Source: a virus
Taxonomy: Duplodnaviria; Caudoviricetes
DNA length: 36,089 nt
Virus record (IMG/VR): IMGVR_UViG_3300037785_000007
Location: 1-36,089 of that record
Direction: 5' to 3' (one strand)
Shown: positions 1 to 8,542 of the stretch, one piece after another
How positions within the stretch are numbered: position 1 is the stretch's first letter
Layout: every line of letters starts with the position of its first letter
Notes under the pieces: model-generated
The model's database searches: none
Told to the model about the DNA's origin: nothing
The model's input: only the letters and a program-made list of their open reading frames with translations
Translations under genes and position numbers: made by a program

Positions 1-411
1 TGAAGCGTTAAAATGACCACCATTATTATATAATGCGGTGATACTCATAACGCCAGTTGGCATACTACCAGTAGAATAATCATTAGTTGGATATCCTAAA
101 AACATCGGCTGATAAGGCTTGGTAACATTACCTGCGCTGTCTATGCGCATACGTTCTGTAAAGTTGTTATTATTCCCCTTGTCTGTTGTAAAAAAACGAA
201 AATTAGATTGATAGACATCAAAGTTATAGTCAACTGTGCCATTTGGCGCACCACGAAGTTTAACTTGCGCGCCTTCGTCTGCATTATCCGATGGACCGAT
301 ATCTAAGGGGGCAGTAGGCGAACTCGTACCAATTCCCACGTTTCCGTTAGCATGATCAACAGTTATGGTGTCACCTTGCGCGATATTAACTAGATCACTC
401 TGCTTACTCAT
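1..411 (-). CDS. Partial tail-fibre/receptor-binding protein, probably leading into a C1q-like domain (runs off the window edge; not in the ORF track)
   Basis: ATG at 411-409 overlaps the TGA of the upstream gene (TGATG). The frame is open to position 1: MSKQSDLVNIAQGDTITVDHANGNVGIGTSSPTAPLDI...ERMRIDSAGNVTKPYQPMF...YNNGGHFNAS. GNVGIGTxSP and ERMRIDSxGN are typical fibre motifs. Confidence 0.8.
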   Translation of the reverse strand, partial: MSKQSDLVNIAQGDTITVDHANGNVGIGTSSPTAPLDIGPSDNADEGAQVKLRGAPNGTVDYNFDVYQSNFRFFTTDKGNNNNFTERMRIDSAGNVTKPYQPMFLGYPTNDYSTGSMPTGVMSITALYNNGGHFNAS

Positions 412-719
412 CAGGTTTGCTCCAATACGCTTACGATTACATCTACCGCAGAAGCTTCACTAGCCGTAACGACTACCGTATCTGCGGCTTCTAATATGAT
501 CTTCCCGTCTAGGACCGATATCGCGGCACCCGCAGGGAGTGGAACGTCTTTCACCAAATAGACGCCTGCTACCTGAACGGAGAAGGTAATCTGGTTAGTC
601 AATACGTTGGCTACGTTGCAACCAATGACTACCGCAGTCGTTGAGGTAGGAACCGTATACGCGGTAGTCGGAGAAGTTCCAACGGAAGCTGAGGTGTAAT
701 TCTTGAAGGTGTTAGCCAT
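411..719 (-). CDS. Small beta-rich putative virion structural protein (102 aa)
   Basis: SD GGAG before the ATG; sits within the fibre cluster; T/S/V-rich beta composition. Confidence 0.7.
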   Translation of the reverse strand: MANTFKNYTSASVGTSPTTAYTVPTSTTAVVIGCNVANVLTNQITFSVQVAGVYLVKDVPLPAGAAISVLDGKIILEAADTVVVTASEASAVDVIVSVLEQT

Positions 720-730
720 TATTTACTCCG

Positions 731-1459
731 TTATCCAAGAGCTATTGCTAGAGCTAGAGTGTCGTCGGCGCTGACTGGAGTCGACCAGTACGTAGTAGTA
801 CCGTTCGACGTGAGCATTTGCCCGGCGGCTCCTGGTGAACTGTTCGCTACAAGCGTATTTATCGCCACGTTACCAGAGAACGTGACGTCTCCTGTGGCGG
901 TGTCGTTAGCATCGCTGCGCAGGAACTGGGTGCTGTTCAAACCATCTAGCAGATCCGAGTCGGCTGCCTTACCAGACGTGCTCAGCTTACCATCTAGCGC
1001 GGTCTGCAATCCGTCGATGTTGCCAATGATGTGGTTGTGGCTATCGTCTGCTACAGTAGTCGTGATGGAGATAGACCCGTTCGCGAGATCCGTCAGGGTC
1101 GCGTTCCCGCTACCGCTGACGTCTCCCGAAAGAGATACCGTTACCGTTGGATCGGGCTTGTTGGTCGTGTTAGTCCAGTCGAGATAGTAGGAACCGTCTT
1201 GACCATCCAGCGTGTCCGAGTCTACTCCTGTGAGCGCGGATCCATCTCCAGCGAAGTTGTTCGCCGTGATCGTGCCCTGGACGTCCAGCGCAGAGTTAGC
1301 CGAGGCTTTACCGATGGCGACGTTGCCGTCGAAAGACAGCGTGTCGCTATTCTGCATAGACACCGTTATGCTGTTATTGGTGGAGTTGATGTCGTCCACA
1401 AACTGGACGTTTTGGGCCGTCAAGCCGTTCTTGACTACAAAGCGTTTATCGTTTGCCAA
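731..1459 (-). CDS. Tail-fibre-like protein (242 aa, TTG start)
   Basis: Shares the DSDTLDGQDGSYYLDWTNTTNKPDP...DDSHNH...DGLQTALDGK module with the long fibre. Ends in DDTLALAIALG. GGGGAGAG lies upstream of the TTG. Confidence 0.8.
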   Translation of the reverse strand: MANDKRFVVKNGLTAQNVQFVDDINSTNNSITVSMQNSDTLSFDGNVAIGKASANSALDVQGTITANNFAGDGSALTGVDSDTLDGQDGSYYLDWTNTTNKPDPTVTVSLSGDVSGSGNATLTDLANGSISITTTVADDSHNHIIGNIDGLQTALDGKLSTSGKAADSDLLDGLNSTQFLRSDANDTATGDVTFSGNVAINTLVANSSPGAAGQMLTSNGTTTYWSTPVSADDTLALAIALG

Positions 1460-1488
1460 GGTTCACTCTCCCCTTTTGGCTGTCGTTC

Positions 1489-1496
1489 TATTTATT
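1489..1496 (-). promoter_or_regulatory. Putative T4-type late promoter box (AATAAATA)
   Basis: Intergenic near-match to TATAAATA, about 30 nt upstream of the 242-aa gene. The same TAAATA core recurs at other operon starts. Confidence 0.55.
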
Positions 1497-1509
1497 AGAC
1501 TCAAGACCT

Positions 1510-4500
1510 TCACGCCGCGATCAAGGTCTTAGAAGCCTTGAATGTGGTGCTGTTCGAAGAAGCGCTAGTCGCCTTGATTCGAACTTCTCCACCGCTGATA
1601 TCTACATCGTAGCTGGCAAGCGGGGAAGCTCCAGTATGAATCGTGCCGTACTCGGTAGCCGAAGCAGTCGTACCATCATGAACGACTAGCAGCTCGGATA
1701 CTTGAACCTCTCCAGAAACAGAGTCCTTAGCCTGGATTACGATCTTCCCGCTTCCATAAGCAGTTGCGTCGAAGGTGCAGACCACGGATTCCGTTGTGGT
1801 TGCAATCGTCTGGGCCGACGAGTCTATCGCAGCGTTGGTGTTGACGACGATCTTTTCCTGAGTCAGGAAGACACCGTCGGGATCGATGTTGATTTCTTTA
1901 CGGTTGGACCAATTCGTGTCGTTGTTCGGGAAAGTGATGAACTTGACCCCGAACTCACCCCCTATAGCTACGACTTCGTCAGTCAGCGACAAGTTGCTTT
2001 CCATCGCTGCGCCAGCTTCACCAGCACCAAGGATCAGAGTGTCGTCAGTTCCAACTCTCAGGCCACCGTTCAGAGAGACTTTCTTGAAGGCGCTCTTACC
2101 ATCTACAGTCAGGACGTCTCCGGTTGTGCCCACCGTGAAGTTGAGCGCGCCAGTCAACGTGTCTCCAACGGTAGCCACGAAGTCTGTCGAGTCCATTCCA
2201 TCTAGAGTATCGGCGTCTACGTTCAAACCATCTACGTAGGACTTGGTGACGACCCCGGTAACGGCGCTAGAGAAGTCCGTGATGTTCGAAGCTGTATGAT
2301 TGTGGCTGTTATCCGCTACGGTAGTCGTGATAGATATGGACCCGTTCGCGAGATCCGTTAGGGTCGTGTTAGCTGTACCAGACACGTCACCGGATAGAGA
2401 TACAACAATATTCGGATCAGGCTTGTTAGTCGTGTTGGTCCAGTCAAGGTAGTACGAGCCGTCTTGTCCGTCTAGCGTGTCCGCATCGACATTTAGCCCA
2501 TCTACGTAGGTCTTAGTGACGATCCCGGTAACTGCGCTAGAGAAGTCAGTGATGTTTGACGCCGTGTGGTTGTGGCTGTTATCCGCAACCGTTGTTGTGA
2601 TGGAGATAGACCCGTTAGCCAAGTCCGTTAGGGTCGTGTTAGCAGAGCCTGATACATCTCCGGATAGAGAAACGACGATATTTGGGTCTGGCTTGTTGGT
2701 GACGTTCGTCCAGTCGAGGTAGTAAGAACCGTCTTGACCGTCCAGCGTGTCGGCGTCAACGTTTAGACCGTCTACGTAGGTCTTGGTGACAATCCCCGTA
2801 ACTGTGCTAGAGAAGTCCGTGATGTCCGAAGATGTGTGGGTGTGTCCCGTATTAGACTTCCCGTCCAGCGCGTCCTGCAAGCCATCTACGTTGGCGATGA
2901 TATGGTTGTGGCTGTCATCGACCACAGTCGCGGTCAAAGTGCCGTTAGCCAGATCCGTCAGTGTGACGCTACCAGTCAAGTCTCCTGCGAGGGTAATCGT
3001 AGGATCAGGCTTGTTGGTCGTGTTAGTCCAATCGAGGTAGTAGGTCCCTTGCTGGCCGTCTAGGGTGTCCGCATCTAGACCAGACCCGCCACCGTCGTTG
3101 CCCATGTGCCATACACGATAACCATCGATCTGCACGTCACCAGAGAACGGTACGCGCAAGCGGGCGTTTGAGAGGTCCTTGTTTCCGGATCCGTCTACCG
3201 GTACGCTGAGGTACTGAGCTTGCCCATCGAAGTGTGCTGGGTACTTGTCTTCGAGTGGACCGCGAAAGTCATCGATCCAGAAGACGAATCGATCCGTAGG
3301 ACCTGCGTTGTCACTTATCTTGAAGACGAAGTCGATTTCATCGGTAGCTGGCTGCGTAGCGTAGATTCGAGCTTCGTCGTTGTTTAGATCCCAGAAGAAC
3401 GAACCAGCCGTAGTTGGGAACGTACCATTCGTATCGCGGAAGACTAGGTCCGCAGCGTTGTCCAGAGTGATGTCTCCGGTCACCGTTCCACCAGTCAGGT
3501 TCAACTTGCTGTCTAGCGCCGTCTGCAAACCGTCCACGTTAGAGATAACGTGGTTGTGGCTGTCATCGGCTACAGTAGTCGTGATGGAGATAGACCCGTT
3601 CGCGAGATCCGTTAGGGTCGTATTCGCTGTACCAGAGACGTCGCCAGTCAGGGTTACCTGAATGTTAGGGTCTGGCTTGTTGGTGACGTTCGCCCAGTTA
3701 AGATAGTACGATCCGTCTTGACCGTCCAGCGTGTCTGCATCGACGTTTAGCCCATCGACGTAGGTCTTAGTGACGATTCCGGTCACGGCCGAGTTGAAAT
3801 CCGTGATGTTCGACGCCGTGTGGTTGTGGCTGTTATCTGCTACAGTCACCGTGATGTTGGCGTTAGATGTACCGTCGAAAGAAGCCGAGCCAGAGACGTC
3901 TCCAGACAAAGATATGGTTCTGGAGGTCTGTAGCGCAGTCGCGGTCGCGGCGTTGCCGGTGGTGTTAGCTGCGATGGTTGAGTTCAGGTTGAACGTAGTA
4001 CCGACCAGCGTGAGGTCGGTACCCGCGAGATAGGTACCAGCACCAGAGAACTGCGTCCAATTGATCGCATCGGTGCCAACCGTAAACGTGTCCGCGTTCT
4101 GAACCGTTGCTGCCCATCCAGTCGATTCGTAGGTGTTGCCGTGAGATACGAACACGAACGCGCCGATGATTTCTTCTGGCTCGTCACAGACTCCACAGCG
4201 GGTCAAGACCCAGTTGGTCCCGGAATCGCCTACAGTAGAAACGTAGTAGCGTCCGTTCTCTTCAGGGTTCGTCTGATCCTTGACCAAGATGCCATCGTAC
4301 TGAGACCAAGACGTCCAACCGTCGATGTCCAGAGTCGCTGAGGCTGCCAGGGTCAGCGTAGCTCCAACGCCGCTAGTTCCGTTGTCGTAGGTACCAGACA
4401 AGTTACCAGTCGTCGCCGCTTCGACCGAACCCTTGACTTGTAGACCAGTTGCTACCTCGTCAACATAGTTCTTCGTAGCTGCGTGTAGCCCTTGAGTTGG

Positions 4501-6864
4501 ATCCGCATGCAGGGTGAGGAACCCAGTCATCGTATCGCCAGCAAGGTTGACTTTATCGTCCAACTCGGCTACAGCGGTCGTGATAGAGATAGAACCGTTC
4601 GCGAGGTTGGTCAGGGTCGTATTAGCAGTACCAGTGACGTCTCCAGACAGAGACACGACAATGTTGGGATCAGGTTTGTTGGTCGTGTTGGTCCAGTCTA
4701 GGTAGTAGGACCCTTGCTGGCCATCGAGAGTGTCAGAATCTAGTCCGTTACCAGCACCCTCGTCGGCTACGGTCAGAACTCGATTTCCACCAACAGTCAA
4801 AGTTGTATTAGTGTAGTCTACACCGTCCGTAGTCAACTCCATCTCTGCGCCCAGAGTACCAGCTACCGTAAACGAGAGTTTCCCGTTGGAGTTCTGGTAG
4901 AGTTCCCAAGCGTTGATCGCGGACGTTGTGTCGTAGAATCGGGCCCTCGAGTTGGTGAACGTAACGTTCGCAGAGGCGATGTCTGCCACATCGCTTCGCA
5001 GGAACTGGCTACTATCTAGACCATCCAGCAGTTCGGAGTCTACGGCTTTAGCGCCAATAGGCAACTTGCCATCAAGAGCATCCTGCAAACCGTCTACGTT
5101 AGCGATGATGTGGTTGTGGCTATCGTCTGCGACGGTTGTAGTTACCGAGATCGTACCGCTTGACAGGTCCGTCAAAGTGGTGTTAGCTGTACCAGAGACG
5201 TCCCCAGTCAGAACAACCGTTATGCTCGGATCTGGTTTGTTGGTCGTGTTAGTCCAGTCAAGGTAGTAGGATCCTTGCTGTCCGTCCAACGTGTCCGAGT
5301 CTACGTTTAGTCCATCCACGTAGGTCTTAGTGACGATACCTGTTACAGCCGAGTTGAAATCCGTGATGTTGGAAGCGACGTGGTTGTGGCTGTTGTCAGC
5401 GACCGTAGTCGTGATAGATATGGATCCGTTAGCCAAGTCTGTCAGCGTGGTATTAGCAGTACCAGAAACGTCTCCCGACAAAGTCACTTGGATGTTTGGA
5501 TCCGGCTTGTTGGTCGTGTTGGTCCAGTCGAGGTAGTAAGAACCGTCTTGACCATCTAGCGTGTCAGCGTCTACATTCAAGCCATCCACGTAAGTCTTAG
5601 TAACGATACCTGTTACCGCCGAGTTGAAATCAGTGATATTCGACGCCGTGTGGTTGTGACTGTTATCCGCGACCGTAGTGACTACCGAGATCGTACCATT
5701 AGCCAAGTCGGTGAAAGTCGCGTTCGCAGTACCAGATACGTCACCAGACAAAGTTACTTGGATGTTCGGGTCAGGCTTGTTGGTGACGTTCGTCCAGTCA
5801 AGGTAGTAGGTGCTATCCTGCCCATCTAGAGTGTCGGCGTCTACGTTCAAACCATCCACGTAGGTCTTGGTAACGATTCCCGTGACCGTGCTGGTGAAGT
5901 CCGTGATGTTGGCAGAGACGTGGTTGTGGCTGTTATCCGCTACGGTGGTCGTGATAGAGATCGTACCATTAGCCAAGTCGGTCAGCGTGGTGTTCGCCGT
6001 ACCCGAAACATCTCCCGACAGAGACACGACAATGTTGGGATCTGGCTTGTTGGTCGTATTAGTCCAGTCAAGATAGTAGGTGCTATCCTGCCCGTCCAAC
6101 GTATCCGCATCGACGTTTAGACCATCGACGAACGTCTTGGTGACAATGTCTGTTACTGCGTCTGTGAAGTCGGTGATGTTGTTGGCCACGTGGTTGTGGC
6201 TATTGTCTGCGACTGTGGTGACCACGGAGATGACCCCGTTAGCTAAGTCGGTCAGCGTGGTATTAGCAGTACCAGATACGTCACCAGACAAAGTCACTTG
6301 GATGTTCGGGTCTGGTTTATTGGTCGTGTTGGTCCAGTCGAGGTAGTAGGTGCTGTCTTGACCGTCGAGTGTGTCCGCATCGACGTTTAGACCGTCAACA
6401 AAAGATTTCGTGACGATGTTGGTGACTGCATCGGTGAAGTCGGTGATGTTGTTGGCCACGTGGTTGTGGCTGTTGTCGGCAATCGTCGCGGTGATCGTTA
6501 TCGACGCGTTAGCCAGATCCGTGAAAGTCGCGTTCGCGGTACCAGAGACGTCTCCAGTCAAAGAGACTGTCAGGTTAGGATCAGGCTTGTTGGTGACGTT
6601 CGTCCAGTCGAGGTAGTAAGCACCAGACTCACCATCTAGGAAGTCAGCATCTAGCCCAGAACCAGCGCCGTCTACCGTGAGGAGTTTTTCCAGAATCTCC
6701 GAGGGAGCGTTCGTGGTGAAGACTACGATAGACTCGGTACCGTCGTTCTTCTTGATGTAGATATTGCCGTCATACGTGTTGATGGCAATCTCACCTAGTT
6801 CTAGCGCCGAAGTCGCTGGAACTTTTCCTGGAACGGCACTACGCTTGAGCTTGATTGTTGACAT
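1510..6864 (-). CDS. Long tail fibre (about 1784 aa) with an Mtd_N-like N-terminus and tandem 90-aa HxH repeats
   Basis: Probable start is the ATG at 6864, with SD AGGAG upstream. The N-terminal IKLKRS..GKVP....L..GEIAIN..DG resembles the Mtd N-terminal domain. Contains 11 SHNH motifs plus one HTH and an AATKxYVD motif. Confidence 0.9.
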   Translation of the reverse strand: MSTIKLKRSAVPGKVPATSALELGEIAINTYDGNIYIKKNDGTESIVVFTTNAPSEILEKLLTVDGAGSGLDADFLDGESGAYYLDWTNVTNKPDPNLTVSLTGDVSGTANATFTDLANASITITATIADNSHNHVANNITDFTDAVTNIVTKSFVDGLNVDADTLDGQDSTYYLDWTNTTNKPDPNIQVTLSGDVSGTANTTLTDLANGVISVVTTVADNSHNHVANNITDFTDAVTDIVTKTFVDGLNVDADTLDGQDSTYYLDWTNTTNKPDPNIVVSLSGDVSGTANTTLTDLANGTISITTTVADNSHNHVSANITDFTSTVTGIVTKTYVDGLNVDADTLDGQDSTYYLDWTNVTNKPDPNIQVTLSGDVSGTANATFTDLANGTISVVTTVADNSHNHTASNITDFNSAVTGIVTKTYVDGLNVDADTLDGQDGSYYLDWTNTTNKPDPNIQVTLSGDVSGTANTTLTDLANGSISITTTVADNSHNHVASNITDFNSAVTGIVTKTYVDGLNVDSDTLDGQQGSYYLDWTNTTNKPDPSITVVLTGDVSGTANTTLTDLSSGTISVTTTVADDSHNHIIANVDGLQDALDGKLPIGAKAVDSELLDGLDSSQFLRSDVADIASANVTFTNSRARFYDTTSAINAWELYQNSNGKLSFTVAGTLGAEMELTTDGVDYTNTTLTVGGNRVLTVADEGAGNGLDSDTLDGQQGSYYLDWTNTTNKPDPNIVVSLSGDVTGTANTTLTNLANGSISITTAVAELDDKVNLAGDTMTGFLTLHADPTQGLHAATKNYVDEVATGLQVKGSVEAATTGNLSGTYDNGTSGVGATLTLAASATLDIDGWTSWSQYDGILVKDQTNPEENGRYYVSTVGDSGTNWVLTRCGVCDEPEEIIGAFVFVSHGNTYESTGWAATVQNADTFTVGTDAINWTQFSGAGTYLAGTDLTLVGTTFNLNSTIAANTTGNAATATALQTSRTISLSGDVSGSASFDGTSNANITVTVADNSHNHTASNITDFNSAVTGIVTKTYVDGLNVDADTLDGQDGSYYLNWANVTNKPDPNIQVTLTGDVSGTANTTLTDLANGSISITTTVADDSHNHVISNVDGLQTALDSKLNLTGGTVTGDITLDNAADLVFRDTNGTFPTTAGSFFWDLNNDEARIYATQPATDEIDFVFKISDNAGPTDRFVFWIDDFRGPLEDKYPAHFDGQAQYLSVPVDGSGNKDLSNARLRVPFSGDVQIDGYRVWHMGNDGGGSGLDADTLDGQQGTYYLDWTNTTNKPDPTITLAGDLTGSVTLTDLANGTLTATVVDDSHNHIIANVDGLQDALDGKSNTGHTHTSSDITDFSSTVTGIVTKTYVDGLNVDADTLDGQDGSYYLDWTNVTNKPDPNIVVSLSGDVSGSANTTLTDLANGSISITTTVADNSHNHTASNITDFSSAVTGIVTKTYVDGLNVDADTLDGQDGSYYLDWTNTTNKPDPNIVVSLSGDVSGTANTTLTDLANGSISITTTVADNSHNHTASNITDFSSAVTGVVTKSYVDGLNVDADTLDGMDSTDFVATVGDTLTGALNFTVGTTGDVLTVDGKSAFKKVSLNGGLRVGTDDTLILGAGEAGAAMESNLSLTDEVVAIGGEFGVKFITFPNNDTNWSNRKEINIDPDGVFLTQEKIVVNTNAAIDSSAQTIATTTESVVCTFDATAYGSGKIVIQAKDSVSGEVQVSELLVVHDGTTASATEYGTIHTGASPLASYDVDISGGEVRIKATSASSNSTTFKASKTLIAA
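5060..6650 (-). repeat. Six tandem 270-bp (90-aa) imperfect repeats, with further copies at about 3520-3850 and 2200-3070
   Basis: tggttgtg(g/a)c recurs at 5111, 5381, 5651, 5921, 6191 and 6461 (exact 270-bp period), and again at 3551/3821. Array boundaries are approximate. Confidence 0.95.
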
Positions 6865-6934
6865 ATGCAACTCCTATTGTGGCTAAGAATAGCCTATACC
6901 TCGGGTATATACCCTGCAACTAGGAGTATTTAGT
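6865..6934 (-). promoter_or_regulatory. Late promoter box (ACTAAATA, 6934-6927) and structured leader that sequesters the long-fibre RBS
   Basis: ACTCCTA (6927-6921) is complementary to TAGGAGT (6876-6870, contains the SD). Inner hairpins are GGGTATATACCC (6903-6914) and GGCTA-TTCT-TAGCC (6894-6881). Confidence 0.65.
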
Positions 6935-7511
6935 AGGACCCGCCATCGATAGTAAATATCGAAACGGCACCAGCAGAAACTGTGAAGTTAGAAGAATCGA
7001 AGCTGGCCACTCCCTTATTGGTGCTTGAAGCGTCTTCTCCAGAGACTGTACGAGTGCCGTCACCGTTGTCGATGATATCGATGCCCTCTCCTGGGAGGAA
7101 AGCGTTTATCGCATTGGATTGCGCTGCCGCAGCGGTATCATCTACGTATTGCTTAGTAGCAGCGTCCGTGTTGGCAGTTGGCGCGCCTAGATTCGTGATG
7201 CGAACGTCGCTGACGTCTAAGACTCCGCCTGGGCTCAGAATCAGATCCGAAGTCGCCGAGATGGTAGAGCCGTCAATGGTGATGTCATCCACTGACAGCT
7301 GGATTGACTCTATTGCGTTAGTAGCGACCCAAAGTGAGGTATTGGCGTTCCAAGTTAGAACGGCACCAGATACTGGGTTCTCTACGAAAACGTCCGCTAT
7401 CTGGTTAAGAAACTGCGCCCCGCTACGCATGACCGTAGCGACGGTAAAGTTTGGCTGCCCATCGCTAACACTCGCTACGATTGGCTTTGGGTTTACGACA
7501 TCATTGGGCAC
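6930..7511 (-). CDS. Putative virion structural/fibre-associated protein (193 aa, GTG start)
   Basis: Contains ITNLGAPTANTDAATKQYVD (fibre neck-type motif) and ends IDGGSY; located in the fibre cluster. Confidence 0.75.
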   Translation of the reverse strand: MPNDVVNPKPIVASVSDGQPNFTVATVMRSGAQFLNQIADVFVENPVSGAVLTWNANTSLWVATNAIESIQLSVDDITIDGSTISATSDLILSPGGVLDVSDVRITNLGAPTANTDAATKQYVDDTAAAAQSNAINAFLPGEGIDIIDNGDGTRTVSGEDASSTNKGVASFDSSNFTVSAGAVSIFTIDGGSY

Positions 7512-7513
7512 CG

Positions 7514-7849
7514 TTAGACCCTCGTTATCCCAGGTGTTACCGTGGCTATTCCCTCGACCACCCTAGTTATTACGTTAGTTGGTGATACGATTTCCACGTC
7601 GTAGAGATAACGTCCAGGAGTTATAGCTTCCGTTTGCGTCGATGTAAGAGCTACCATAACCTGTCCACCCGACCCGTTATGAGTACATGTAAAATCAACT
7701 TTCTGTGAAGAGTAATAAGACTTTCGCATCTGAGCGAAAATATTGTAACCAGTGAGGTCAAAGGGCCCGCTGTTATCGTTATTCCGCAAGTCTATAGCGA
7801 CGCTAAACGTCGACCCTTGGTCGATTACGATGTTAGATTTTATCGCCAT
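7514..7849 (-). CDS. Virion structural protein, BppU-N/Ig-like fold candidate (111 aa)
   Basis: The IDQGSTF...FDLTGY...AQMRKSY...GRYLYDVEI...RVVEG pattern is common in T4-like fibre clusters. Strong SD GGAGGGG. Confidence 0.75.
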   Translation of the reverse strand: MAIKSNIVIDQGSTFSVAIDLRNNDNSGPFDLTGYNIFAQMRKSYYSSQKVDFTCTHNGSGGQVMVALTSTQTEAITPGRYLYDVEIVSPTNVITRVVEGIATVTPGITRV

Positions 7850-7868
7850 GAATCCCCTCCGTTACGTC

Positions 7869-7876
7869 TATTTATT
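7869..7876 (-). promoter_or_regulatory. Putative late promoter box (AATAAATA), preceded by a hairpin at 7902-7881
   Basis: TAAATA core about 20 nt upstream of the 111-aa gene. The stem-loop CGTGGCTC-AAGTGC-GAGCTACG follows the previous stop codon. Confidence 0.55.
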
Positions 7877-7906
7877 GTCGCGTAGCTCGCACTTGAGCCA
7901 CGTGAA

Positions 7907-8500
7907 TTACTCCACTGGGGTAGAGGCTTTATACTTACCGTCAAATAGGTAGTTCTGACGAATCGGGAAGTTCTTGTACACCTCGTCGAAGTCTCGCTGG
8001 TTCAAGTTCTCTATCAGTTCTTCGGCTTCTTCTTGGCTGTAGACGATATACTCTTGCGCGTTACGGTCGACCACTCGGTAATAATCCGCCTTGGGATATT
8101 CTTTCGACCGATCCACGTCCAGAATCTCATAGGCATCGCCCGACACCAATTTATATCCTGCCACGTTGAAACGCACGTCGATTCCATGGATCAGGTTCTC
8201 TACGAAAAGTTCTCTTTCAGTTTTAGCTTCTTCCACAGTAGAGTAAAGTTCTGGACCATCTCCAAAAAAGAACTGTTCTAATGGTTCAGAAGTAGTTGCC
8301 CTCTTTGAGAGGTATTCAAAATTCTCAATAATCTTAGATTCATGAACCCACCGTATCCAATCAACAGAATCTCCGAGCGCAATCAAGTCTTCACGAAGAG
8401 TTTCAAACTCAACTGGACCGCCATTGTATTTTTTCAAAAACCAACGATATGATTCAGCACAAAAATTATTTTCTTTTACGTCTTCTGGATATATCAACAT
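7907..8500 (-). CDS. Hypothetical acidic protein (197 aa) downstream of the adhesin
   Basis: SD GGGAG; E/D-rich; the 5' half is AT-rich; no family recognised. Confidence 0.65.
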   Translation of the reverse strand: MLIYPEDVKENNFCAESYRWFLKKYNGGPVEFETLREDLIALGDSVDWIRWVHESKIIENFEYLSKRATTSEPLEQFFFGDGPELYSTVEEAKTERELFVENLIHGIDVRFNVAGYKLVSGDAYEILDVDRSKEYPKADYYRVVDRNAQEYIVYSQEEAEELIENLNQRDFDEVYKNFPIRQNYLFDGKYKASTPVE

Positions 8501-8542
8501 ATGGTTATTCTCCCATGATTCATGCGTTCTGATACATTACAA

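Noticed and set aside
720-726. GTAAATA as a late promoter
   Set aside because: It lies between the SD and the ATG, so it is too close to the start codon and is better explained as the RBS spacer.
2200-6650. Regularly spaced repeats as a CRISPR array
   Set aside because: The 270-bp in-frame coding units vary at synonymous positions. There are no unique spacers and no cas genes.
1510-6864. Diversity-generating retroelement suggested by the Mtd_N-like start
   Set aside because: There is no reverse transcriptase, no C-type lectin tip and no adenine-specific TR/VR pair in the window.
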